Position numbers and translations under genes: made by a program. A stretch of 64,000 nucleotides of DNA, taken from Octopus vulgaris. Taxonomy: Eukaryota. Each line of letters starts with the position of its first letter. Position 1 is the first letter of the stretch. The stretch lies in assembly GCA_951406725.2 (NCBI GenBank), contig OX597839.1, positions 33,046,001 through 33,110,000 on the forward strand, written 5' to 3'. Below the pieces are notes generated by a model that was not told where the DNA came from, searched no databases, and worked only from the letters and a program-made list of their open reading frames with translations. Below are positions 24,345 to 35,584 of the stretch, piece by piece.

Positions 24345-24800
24345 CATCGTCATCGTTTAACGTCCGCTTTCCATGCTGGCATGGGTTGGATGATTTGACT
24401 GAGGTCTGACAAACCAGATGGCTGCACCAGGCTCCAATCTGATCTGGCAGAGTTTCTACAGCTGGATGCCCTTCCTAACGCCAACCACTCCGAGAGTGTA
24501 GTGGGTGCTTTTACTGCCATGCCACCGGCACAAGGGCCAATCGGGCGGAACTGGCAACGACCACGCTCGAATGTTGTTTTTTGCATGCCACTGGCACATG
24601 GGCCAGTAAGGTGACTCTGACAACGATCACGCTTGAATGGTACTTTTTTCATTCCACCAGCATGGGAACCAATCAGTGACCCTAGCAACCATCACGGTCG
24701 GATGATGCTTTTAACGTTCCACTGGCATGAGCGCCAATCAGGCGTTACTGTCATCGGCCACATCAGCGATTTTGATCTCACTTGCCTCGACAGGTCTTTG
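24345..24800 (-). mobile_element. Family B copy
   Basis: catcgtttaacgtccgctttccatgc terminus with diverged units. Other copies lie at about 3827-4010, 5680-5845, 8715-8920, 13030-13380, 13500-13780, 29325-29535, 30525-30790, 32228-32420 and 46680-46960. Confidence 0.75.
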
Positions 24801-25387
24801 CAAGCAAAATCTATTCATTTATCCATTAGGATCTAACAACTTCTTAAGGCAATTAGGAAATATTTCCATCACCACCACCACCACTCCCTTCAGTAATTAG
24901 TAACAGACAACAAGACAACAATTTGTTGATCAACCTGTAAGAAAAAGCAGCCAAAATCTCCCTGGGTTAAAACAAAAAAAAAAAAAAAGACAATGGAATG
25001 AACTGATTTAAGATCCCTTTTCTGCAAAAAATGGTGAGAGCACCTTTGATCATAGACCTGCTCTGTTGGAATTAACCACCAACGAATCAGGTTACAACAA
25101 TGATTTTCCAGAACATTTCATTCCGAACCCTTTCCAGATTACTTGCTCTTCCAAAGCAGGGTTGGTCACCTTGGTCGACACATTTTAAATTAATCAAGTA
25201 TGAAATGTACTGCAATAACTAAATGAAATACGATTACCTGCTGGTGCCATGTAGAAAGCACCGGTGCCGGTGTCACGTAAAAGGTGCCGCTGCCACGTAA
25301 AAGGTGCTGGTGTCGCATAAAAGGTGCTTGTGTCACATAGTGTTGGTGCCACGTAAAATGCACTGGTGCTGGTGCCACATAAAAACA

Positions 25388-25726
25388 TGTATATATGTGT
25401 ATGTATATATATTTATACATGTGTATGCATGTATATATATATATTTATATATATATATATGTGTGTGTGTGTATGTGTACATGTGTGTGTGTATATATTT
25501 ATACGTGTGTATGCATGTATATATGTGTGTGTATATATTTATATATATATGTGTATGCTTGTATATATGTGTATATATTTATATATATATGTGTATGCAT
25601 GTATATATATATATTTATTTATATATGTGTGTATGTGTATATGTGTACGTGTATGTGTATATGTGTGTGTATATACATTTAGACATATGAGTGTATATAT
25701 ATGTGTGTGTGTGTGTATGTGTGTGT
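25388..25726. repeat. Compound (AT)/(GT) microsatellite in the intron upstream of the SLX4IP-like CDS
   Basis: Directly visible. Confidence 0.95.
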
Positions 25727-25805
25727 ACTTCCTGTATTGTCTGGATACTGCTAACTTTTTTCTTTTTCTCTTTTCCCATTTTACTTCCAGGAATTCTTAG
25801 GAGCC

Positions 25806-27362
25806 ATGACTCTGAGTAACTTAAGACCACAATGCATCACGGAATACCTGCAGGTTGGGGACAACTTAGCTGTCCAGCTTCAAGTTCATCCTATCACTGC
25901 CCCTGCATCCAAAGAGACCGGCGTCTCAGAGTACTGGTTCTGTGACCGCCATCTTCAGGAGGTTCTACAGTTAATCAAGAAACCCCTCTTTGACTGGATG
26001 CAGGAAAGCAGGGAAGACGAAAAACAGAAGAAAAACCATGAACCCAAAATCTTAACTGGTAATACAATAAGACTGGTTTATACGTTTAAGAAAAACCCTA
26101 CAAGACAGTATTTTCTAATAATGAACTTAGACTCTGGTGCTAAAAGCCACATTAATAAGCGTTTCCAAAATCTTTGTTTAAAAAGTGAAAAAATTGTCGT
26201 CTTCGTTTGTCGTAAAGAAAAAGGTTTTTCACCCTTGCTGACCGCCGTGTCCAGCTCTGCCAATAAGACATCAGAAACTTCCCAAACGTTAACAATTAGT
26301 GACTATTTCGGCGGCTGTGACAATAACGAGGAACAGCCAGGGTCCGTTTCTTCTCAGTCCGGGGATGATAAATTGACCAAAAGGGAGAAACTGAAGACTA
26401 TCGTGAGTCGAGAGAAACGGTTCCGCAGCAGGAAGAGAAACACTCAACATTTAGTTGCTAAAAGTAAAGTGCCCGAGGTTCCTGAAGACCAAGATTCTTT
26501 AAAATCACCCAAAAAATTGGCTGAAAATAAGAACAAAGTTTCAAACACAGATGAAAATTCAAAGTCCCGGAAAAGTTCCAATTCCTGCAAGAATGCCAAA
26601 TTGGTAAATGAAAAGGGCTCGAATGACGATTTGGTCAACAAAAAAATTGTAAATAAACGTAACTGCATCAAAGAATTAGACAGTGATGGCAGCACGTCGT
26701 CATGCGAAAACTTACCCTATTATGGTTTCTCGAAGTCCAGCAATTCCGAAGACCATTATATCTCGAGTTCCTTTGAGCAAGACTTGGATTTTGAATCATC
26801 GTACGGTGGTTCGCCAGTGAAGAGTCCCTCGAAATTAAGCAGCATCGGTAACATCAGTGCCTCGACCGATGCCACTCTGAACCAGTCGGACATGAATAAG
26901 AACGAAACGAAGACGAAAGAAAATTGTGAGAAAATGAAACTGCAAGGACTCAAAGACTCATATTCTTTAAAAACTGTTTTATGTTCTGAAGAAAATTCTG
27001 ATATAGATTCGGTGAATATCAATGTGTTGAACTTAACTCCAAACCAGATTCTGCTGTTAGTAAAAGACAGTAAACAGTATTTACGTAACATCTTCCAAGG
27101 GAAAGGAATAAGTTGGCGACATAAAATGTACAAAAACGGTGGAACCGATCGTCTACAACTAAATTATTTATGTTTCTGGGGTTGTCTGTCGAGCAGCCAA
27201 TTGGACAGTATTATGGAAGGTTTGTTCAAAATGTTCTGTAAGAGACACATGAAGTATGCCGATTACGTGTCGAAGGTGCTGCTGGCCGAAATGATAACGA
27301 AGATCTATATGGACACTTGTCATCTCTCTCACGAAGAGGCTGAGACATTGCTTCAGAAATAA
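25806..27362 (+). CDS. SLX4IP: SLX4IP-like protein (518 aa, CDS in one exon) with an additional C-terminal helical domain resembling the MUM1/PWWP3A C-terminus
   Basis: Only long non-repetitive ORF in the window. It is preceded by a polypyrimidine/AG acceptor (ttttacttccag, ending 25790) and gagccATG. The N-terminus VGDNLAVQLQVHP...WFCDRHLQEVLQLIK...EKIVVFVC matches my recollection of SLX4IP (CGNFAVLVDLHILP...WFSEQKKEEVCLLLK...DRFVVCV). The middle is S/K/N-rich and low in complexity. The C-terminus YLRNIFQGK...QLDSIM...YVSKVLLAEMITKIYMDTCHLSHEEAE resembles MUM1 (HLRAILKS...QLDLVV...[27 protein letters not shown]). Coding status is high confidence; the name is moderate. Confidence 0.75.
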   Translation: MTLSNLRPQCITEYLQVGDNLAVQLQVHPITAPASKETGVSEYWFCDRHLQEVLQLIKKPLFDWMQESREDEKQKKNHEPKILTGNTIRLVYTFKKNPTRQYFLIMNLDSGAKSHINKRFQNLCLKSEKIVVFVCRKEKGFSPLLTAVSSSANKTSETSQTLTISDYFGGCDNNEEQPGSVSSQSGDDKLTKREKLKTIVSREKRFRSRKRNTQHLVAKSKVPEVPEDQDSLKSPKKLAENKNKVSNTDENSKSRKSSNSCKNAKLVNEKGSNDDLVNKKIVNKRNCIKELDSDGSTSSCENLPYYGFSKSSNSEDHYISSSFEQDLDFESSYGGSPVKSPSKLSSIGNISASTDATLNQSDMNKNETKTKENCEKMKLQGLKDSYSLKTVLCSEENSDIDSVNINVLNLTPNQILLLVKDSKQYLRNIFQGKGISWRHKMYKNGGTDRLQLNYLCFWGCLSSSQLDSIMEGLFKMFCKRHMKYADYVSKVLLAEMITKIYMDTCHLSHEEAETLLQK

Positions 27363-27466
27363 GAATGAAGTAACAACATCAACAACAACAACAACAACAC
27401 AGACCTGTAACAACAATGATTGTCTTTGAGTTACCGTTTCCACAAGTGGGGTGACAGCAGTTGGCT

Positions 27467-27472
27467 AATAAA
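27467..27472 (+). promoter_or_regulatory. Candidate polyadenylation signal of the SLX4IP-like gene
   Basis: AATAAA about 105 nt after the stop codon, with T-rich sequence further downstream. Confidence 0.35.
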
Positions 27473-27850
27473 AGGAATTATTTGCCCCACACTAATTACA
27501 GGTATCTCAGTGCAACTCAGTAATTCATTCTTGAACAAGTCATTTAACTCTACTCTTTCCATAAAATTCTATTTTGATTCTGAAAGTTTTCATATTTTTT
27601 TGTGTTTTTTCTTTCATTTTTTTTTGTTTAGAAAAAAAATTTTTTTTGTTGGTAAAAATCAGTCGAGCGACAACCAGTGTGCCTTGCCGTATCTAGACAT
27701 GTTTCTTTGCTTTCAGAGTTCAAATCCTTGGTGGAGAGACTTTTCTTCATTAGTGTGTGTGTGTTTGTAAGAGAGAGGGGAAACAAAGAAAGACGTCAGT
27801 GAGGGTTTGGTAAAGAGAGAGAGAGAGATGATAGATATGATTTACTAGAG

Positions 27851-28051
27851 CAGTGCTTTTCAAACTTTTTGCTGGAGCGGAACCCCAAGGAAACATTCCA
27901 CTGGCTCGAGGAACCCCTGTGCAATAAATTAATAGTCTTATGCACACATATCTGCACAGGAGAATTAAAAATTGCTGCCGATTTTAGCAGTTTTGTAACT
28001 TCTTGCAGAACCCCTGGACTGTACTGGCGGAACCCTGGTTGAAAACCACTG
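27851..28051. mobile_element. hAT (Charlie-like) MITE
   Basis: TIRs CAGTGCTTTTCAA and TTGAAAACCACTG, with a perfect 8-bp TSD TACTAGAG (27843-27850 and 28052-28059). Confidence 0.9.
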
Positions 28052-28994
28052 TACTAGAGAGAGAGGGGCAGAGATGTCTTTACTGAAGTAGAGAGAGAGA
28101 GAGAGGAACTGCAAGAGACAGCTTGTGTGGTAAGAATGGTGAAATGGCAGAGTTGTTAAAACACTGGATAAAATATCTTGCAATATTTGTTCTCTCTGCA
28201 TTCTGAGTTCAAATCCTCCTGAGATTTCAGTTTTGTCTTTCATCCATTTGGGGTTTGATAAATAAAGTACCACCCCTGGACTGGAGTAGATTCTTTTACT
28301 TTCTTGTTTCTTTTACTTTCTTGTTTCTTTTCTTTCTTTCTTTTCTCTTCTCTGTCTGTCTGTCTGTTTGTCTCTCTGAAAGAAATTGGCTACATTTAAA
28401 CTTGGAGAGGGATGAGTTCTGCTAAATTTATGGTGCCCACATCACTCCATCTGGACTCGAGAGCCCAAGACAAGTTGTGTCTGTGTGTGTGTGTTTGTGG
28501 ACACATGCACGTGGTGCACAACAGGGAAACCTGTCTGGTAGTATTTGTGTGAGTTGCATTTTTTGTCAGAAAGAATGCTTATGTTCATTAGCATTTAATA
28601 ATTAAACAAAATTAATGATTGTCTTTACAGAAATCTATAAAACAAAAATAATTCCAGCCCAATTTTCTATACTTGTTTGCGTCAGATGGAATTCATTGAG
28701 GGAAATTTTTTGCAACCTGGTGCCCTTCTCTTCATCAACCCTCACCAGTTTCCAAATAAGGTAATGTTTCTCATTGGCCAGACATGTTTTCAAAGCAGAC
28801 TGGAAATGAATGACATTGCTTGGATGATGATGGTGACACTTGCGTACAACTATCATGTGGTATCAGTTTGAAGTCACACACACACACACACGTGTCTCTG
28901 TGTGTTCTAGAGATATGCTAAGGTATTGCTTTTCCATGTTTAAACTTCAATGGTTGTGTGTAATGCTTACTCATCCAAGTGGAGTAATATATAT

Positions 28995-29037
<43 letters not shown>

Positions 29038-29081
29038 CACACACATATATATACATGTATATATAATAATATAATAATAAT

Positions 29082-29310
29082 GTTCGTCCTTCGGGTTCGA
29101 AGATGACCATTGACATCATTTGGTGGAATTGCTACTATGAGACCGGAGGTGGCTGGTGAGGCCAATCCGGGCAAGAAAGCCCCTCCCACATGTGGGGCAG
29201 AAGTGGGTAGGGGCTGTGCTATTGGTGCAGGTGGCTCTGGCGTTTCTGTTCTGCAGACTGAATCTGTCTCTCCTTGGCTGTCTTTGCTCCTGTGGTGATT
29301 GCGCTGCACC
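29082..29310 (-). mobile_element. RTE (BovB-like) LINE 3' end with C2H2 zinc finger
   Basis: The minus strand reads CPTCGRGFLARIGLTSHLRSH, then a short 3' UTR and an (ATT)n tail. Confidence 0.8.
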
Positions 29311-29654
29311 ACATATATATATCGTCATCGTCATCGTTTAATGTCTGCTTTCCATGCTGGCAAGGGTTGAACAGTTTAACTGAGGACTGGCAAGCTAGGA
29401 GGCTGCACCAGGCTCCAATCTGATCTGGCAAGGTTTTCTACAGCTGGATGCCCTTCCTAATGCCTATCACACAGAGTGTAGCGGGTGCTTTTTTACATTC
29501 CACTGGCACGAGGGCTAGTCAGGTGGCACTGGCATCATATATATATATATACACACACATATATATATTATTCAAATTTACAGAGAACAAAACAGAAACA
29601 CAGATGAGGGAACAAGAAGCGGGTGTGTTTGATGCTCAGGAAGAAAGGAAAAGT

Positions 29655-29690
29655 CTTTGACATTTTGAGCCTATGCTCTTCATCAGAAAG
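29655..29690 (-). ncRNA. Minimal type I hammerhead ribozyme motif (Penelope-type), degenerate
   Basis: The minus strand reads CTTT-CTGATGA-A-GAGC-ATAG-GCTC-AAAAT-GTC-AAAG: intact CUGAUGA, stem I and stem II, with GAAAC mutated. Confidence 0.6.
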
Positions 29691-30468
29691 GACCAAGAGA
29701 AAAAATAAATGAAAAGTGAACAAAAAAAAGAATGTAATAGTTCAATGTGATGTGTGTGTATATGTTATCATGTCTATGTTATGTCCCTTGCCACCACTCC
29801 TTGACATTTAGTGTCTCTGTATATGTCTTCATAACTGAGCGATTCAGCAAAAGATATTGATAAAATAAGTACTAAGTTCTATTCATTCGACTCAAAATTC
29901 TTCAAGGCAGTGCCTCAGCATGGCTGCAGTCTAATGACTGAAACAAGTAAAAGCCATCGAAGCCATAAACATGTTCTACCCATTTTCATAAATGTCTGTG
30001 TCCCACCTTCTGCTGGATTCAAGGAACAACAACTACTATGCTGATGATGTCTATTGAGGCAGAAACAAATCTCCACAGGTCTCTCTCCTTATCTTTTCCT
30101 TTGTGGTATGTCTTATGTCAATTTTGAAGAATTCTTGACTCTTCAGATTATCTCCCCTTCCCATTTTGGAGTTGGTTCTATTTGCTGCCCAGAGATTATT
30201 TTTATCCTTACTGGAAGCAAAGATAATTTTGATAATTCAAGAATTTATGCTGTATGGTATTTAGTATATTCTTATCCTTTCCTGATGTTCAAATTGATAC
30301 CACGACCTGCTCTGAGTTATATCCCTTAGCTTTTGTTTAAATGTTGTGTGTAAGTGTGTGTGTGTGTGTATATATATATATATGTGTGTATATATATATG
30401 TGTGTGTGTGTGTGTGTATATATGTGTGTGTATATATGTGTGTGTATATATTTATATGTGTATATATT

Positions 30469-30512
<44 letters not shown>

Positions 30513-31040
30513 TATATATATATATCATCATTTAATGTCCGTTTTCCATTTCCATGCTAGTTTGGGTTGGACTGGGGTCTGGGAAGCCAGGAGGCTGCAC
30601 CAAGCTCTTGTCTGATCTGGCAGTGCTTCTACAGCTGGATGCCCTTCCTAACGCCAATCACTCCAAGAGTGTAGTAGGTGCTTTTTACATTCCACCGCCA
30701 CAGGGGCCAGAGGAGGCTGGCAATGGCCACGATCGGTTGGTGCTTTTCACATACCACTGGCACGGAAGCCAGTCAAGGCAGAGCTTGACTGGCTTCCGTG
30801 ATATTCTTTTATTCTTGTTTCAGTCATTTGACTGTGGCCATACTGGAGCACTGGGTTTAGTCGAACGAATCGACTCTAGGACTTATTCTTTGTAAACCTA
30901 GTACTTACTCTGTTGGCCTCTTTTGCCAAACCACTAAGTCATGGGGATGTAAACACACCAACATTGGTTGTCAAGCAATGGTGGTAGAGACAAACAGACA
31001 GAAATAAATAAGTACATATCTATACACACACACACACACC

Positions 31041-31072
<32 letters not shown>

Positions 31073-31469
31073 CACGATGGGCTTCTTTCAGTATCCATTT
31101 ACCAAATCCACTCACAAGGCTTTGGTCGGCCCGAGGCTATAATAGAAGACACTTGACCAAGGTACTACGCAATGAGATTGAACCTTGAACCCTGTGGTTG
31201 GGAAGCAAGCTTCTTACCACACGCAGGTATAACAAATACAGTACAACATAAATTGTCGATTTATTAAAATTATCTCCATCTGTAGAGCAGTGGTTCCTAA
31301 GCTTTTTAATATCCAGACCAAATCCGAAAACCTGGAGATTTTTAGGGGTGAAAGGCAAAGTCGACCTCAGCAGAATTTGAACTCAAAACATAAGGATGGA
31401 TGAAATGCTACCAAGCATTTTGTCCAGCATGCTAACGATTCTGCCAGCTCACTGCCTTGGCATAATAAT

Positions 31470-31812
31470 AATGAAAGAAAGAGAAAAGGTTGATAAATAT
31501 GGAGACCTGAGAATTGAGATTGTTAAGATGTGGCAGCTCCGAGAGTCAGATGTAAAGGTTATCCCTGTTGTCATCAGAGCATTGGGTTCAATACCACCCA
31601 ACCTGAAGAAAAAAACATCTGGAAACCTTAGAAATACCCTACAATCAGGGTGTATTGCAAAGGTCGGCATTACATGGAACTGCATGCACATTGCGTAAAG
31701 TAGTGTCTGTCTGAGGTCCTTGTTGTGAGTTGACAAAACAGTACAAACCCCTCCGGTAGACACAATATCTTCAATCAACAACATCATGATATTGGATACT
31801 GTGAGACGTCTA
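31470..31812 (+). mobile_element. Second 5'-truncated copy of the R4/Dong-like LINE
   Basis: Near-identical to 8361-8700 and flanked on both sides by (TAA)n. Confidence 0.85.
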
Positions 31813-32822
31813 TAATAGTAATAATAATAGTGATGATAATCCTTTCTTCTATAGGCACAAGGCCTGAGATTTGGTTGCTTAAACCGACCCAGTATGCACC
31901 TGGTACTTAATTTAGGCAAAGTTGACCTCAGCTGAATTTGAACACGGAACATAGCAGTGGGCGAAGTGCTGTTAAGCATTTCGTCCAGCATGGTAATGAT
32001 TCAGCCTGTCCAGATGGCCATCCCCAGTAATTTCAATGTATGAGTGATTGAAGAAAAGGAAAAATAAAAAATAAAGGAAGCTGCATCTCTTTGTGATGGG
32101 TCCATGAATATAATTTGAATGCAGGAAGGGATTTTGCTAAGAAGTCACAAAGGGGACAACGGTGCTTTTGATTTTGCCTGGAATTTGAGAAATGGGTCTG
32201 TTGATTGCAGGATATAATTCTTGGCCCCCGTGCTGGTGGCATGTAAAAAGCACCCACTACACTCTCAGAGTGGTTGGCGTTAGGAAGGGCATCCAGCTGT
32301 AGAAACTCTGCCAAATCAAGATTGAAACCTGGTGCAGCCATCTGGTTCGCCAGCCCTGAGTCAAAATCGTCCAACCCATGCTAGCATGGAAAGCGGACGT
32401 TAAACGATGATGATGATGATTCTTCAACTCAGATTGTTTTGATGCACCATGACGCATGTGACACCTAGGAAGATTGATCTAAGACAATGACTTAACCAAG
32501 ATTTTAGCTTAAGCTGTAGAGATTTTAGGGACTGCTTCAACTTATCCATAAGCCTAAGGACGGGTCTTCCTTTACCCTGGAATCCCTTTATCATGATGAT
32601 GATGATGATAGTATTGGCTTCTTTAGAAAGGTCTCTGTCATATTTTCACTTCCTTCTTTACTATACCCCACTCAGTTGAGGACTGGGGTCATATTTTGAG
32701 AATATTCAGTGACCTCACTGTGGTTTTGGGGTCAGTTCCACTGCATGGCACTCTTGTCAGGGGTCCCAGGTTGATTAGAAAACCTTTGTGAGTAAATTTG
32801 GAAGACAAACTGAAAGAAGACC

Positions 32823-33140
32823 GTGTGTATGTGTGTGACCGTGTGTGTGTGTATCTGTGGTTATGTGTGTGTGCATGTGTGTCTGTGGTTGTCTATGTGT
32901 GTGTTTGTGTGGTTGTGTATGTGTAGTTATCTGTGTGGTTGGGTGTGTGTGGTTGTGTATGTGTGTGCATGTGTATGGTGGTGTGTGTGTGTGTGTGCGT
33001 GCATGTGTGTGTGTATCTGTAGTTATGTGTAGGTTGTGCGTGTGCATGTGTGGTTGTGTTTGTGTGCACACACATGCATGTGGTTGTGTGTGTATGTGTG
33101 TGTGTGCATGCATGTGTATGTATGTGTGTGTGGTTGTGTC
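32823..33140. repeat. (GT)n-rich low-complexity tract
   Basis: Directly visible. Confidence 0.9.
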
Positions 33141-33352
33141 ATCTTGACATGTGAATGCTGTAAATGCTTGTCAGAAGCAGTGATTTTCATTTGCATGGAA
33201 AGCATGTCTGGCCTTGGGTAGATTTTTACCTCAGGTGGAAACAGATGAGGGTTGGTGAAAGGGAAGGCATCCAGCCGTAGAAAATCCGTCTCAACATATT
33301 CCATCTAACACTTTCCCCACCTGGAAGCAGGGAAACGTGGCATTGATAATGG

Positions 33353-33383
<31 letters not shown>

Positions 33384-33999
33384 ATTGATGATGGTGATAG
33401 GTAAATAGTGAACAGGTGAATGATCAAATATACAAAAGAAAGAAAGAATGGGAGAAAGAAAGAGAGGAAGAGAACGAAAGAGAGGCAGGTAGAGGTGGAG
33501 GAAGAAAAAGAAGGTAAGAAACAGTATTGAAATAATAAAGTTATTAGTCAGTTAATCTGAGAGATCAATAAGTAATCAATCACTCTATCAAACACAAATA
33601 TAATGAAAGAAGAAAAGAAAGGATGAAGGAAATAAAGAGAAAAGAAGAACGGAAAGAAACAAGAAAATAAAGGAAAACAAAAAAGCTAATAAATTTTAAG
33701 CAAAGAGAGGAAGTGGAGAATTAATAGGTTGGAATTATCAGTAAATTGATTAAAATTCTAAAGAGATTGGAATGAGCTCAAAGCAGATCAATAAGTCGGA
33801 TAAATATCAAACTGGAATTGATTTGAAAGTGCCAATTCTGAAGAAGAAAGAAGAACTGGAGTAAAATCTTGAAAGATTTTTGTGTCAGTCGTTTTATTGA
33901 TGTTCCTGGTGAAGTTGGAAGTTTGAGATTTTTGTAGAATTACTTCCTTCGACAGATTTCCGAAGACTTTTAATTTCTGCCCTGTCATTTTTATATTTC

Positions 34000-34545
34000 T
34001 TTTACTCTTTTACATGTTTCAGTCATTTGACTGCGGCCATGCTGGAGCACCGCCTTTCGACCCCCGGGACTTATTCTTTTGTAAGCCCAGTACTTATTCT
34101 ATCGGTCTCTTTTGCCGAACTGCTAAGTAACGGGGACATAAACACACCAGCATCGGTTGTCAAGCAATGCTAGGGGGACAAACACAGACACACAAACACA
34201 TACACACACATATATATATACATATATACAACAGTAAGCCCAGTACTTATTCTATCGGTCTCTTTTGCCGAACCGCTAAGTAATGGGGACATAAACACAC
34301 CAGCATCGGTTGTCAAGCAATGCTAGGGGGACAAACACAGACACACAAACACATACACACACACATATATATATATATACATATATACGACAGGCTTCTT
34401 TCAGTTTCCGTCTACCAAATCCACTCACAAGGCATTGGTCGGCCCGGGGCTATAGCAGAAGACACTTGCCCAAGGTGCCATGCAGTGGGACTGAACCCGG
34501 AACCATGTGGTTGGTTAGCAAGCTACTTACCACACAGCCACTCCT
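34000..34545 (-). mobile_element. Family A SINE with an internal ~150-bp tandem duplication
   Basis: gtaagcccagtacttattctatcggtctc...(AC)n(AT)n occurs at both 34081 and 34234. Confidence 0.85.
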
Positions 34546-35103
34546 TTTCTTTTCTTTTAATTAATTCTGAAAATAATGAATTTAGTAGAATTAACTTTGT
34601 TGTTATTAAGTTGGTATTTTTGAAGAAAAACTGAAAATGAAATTTTGATGGCAAATTTTAATTTAGATCCTTTCAACCCTTTTGTTGAGCTGGAAGAATC
34701 GATAGCAGGCCGGGCAAATGCTTTCTGGCATATCGTCTGGTTTTATGTTCCGAGTTCAAATTTATGGAGGCACATGGTTCTGGTGGTTCCTTGAGCAAGT
34801 GTCTTCTACAATAGCCTCGACCCGACCAAAGCCTTGTGAGTGGATTTGGTAGATGGAAACTGAAAGAAGCCCTTCATACATACATAAATATATCTATATA
34901 TTTGTGTGTCTGTTTTTGTCCCCCCACCGTCACTTGACATCTGATGTTGGTGTGTTTACATCCCCATAACTTAGCAGCTTGGCGAAAGAGACTGATAGAA
35001 TAAGTTCTGGGATTGATTTGCTCAACTACTAAAGGCGGTGCTCTAGCATGGCCACAGTCAAATGAGTGAAACAAAAGAATATATATATAGGTATGAATGT
35101 ATG

Positions 35104-35151
<48 letters not shown>

Positions 35152-35285
35152 CATGCACTTATGTATGCATATATGTGTATTTATATACATACACTTGTAT
35201 GCATTTATTATACAGGGTGCATAAGGTAATTGAGGACATACCTTTTTTGAGTCATTGCTGCACTTTTGCTAACTCTGTATAATCT

Positions 35286-35551
35286 TTGCAGCGTGGAAGG
35301 TGTTTGTAAGCCATTTAAGAAACACACAAAAGCCATTCGATTCACTTCAACATTTAAGTTTCATTTGTCAAAAGAACAGGTTGTGGTCTTATAGCGATGA
35401 AAATATTTTGACAAATTAAACTTAAATGTTGAAGTGAATCGAACGGCTTTTGTGTGTTACTTAAATGGCTTATAAACACCTTCCACGCTGCAATTGTTTT
35501 CGTTCCAGCACACGATCTCAGATCAAATTACTTGCTATGCGAGTACATCTC
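35286..35551. repeat. Long inverted repeat (~88-bp arms) of a dispersed Penelope-like terminal repeat, inserted in the maT element
   Basis: 35286-35373 is the near-perfect reverse complement of 35406-35493. A related single copy lies at about 45351-45539. Confidence 0.75.
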
Positions 35552-35584
35552 CATAATGTATAATCTTTGTTTCAGAATATAATA

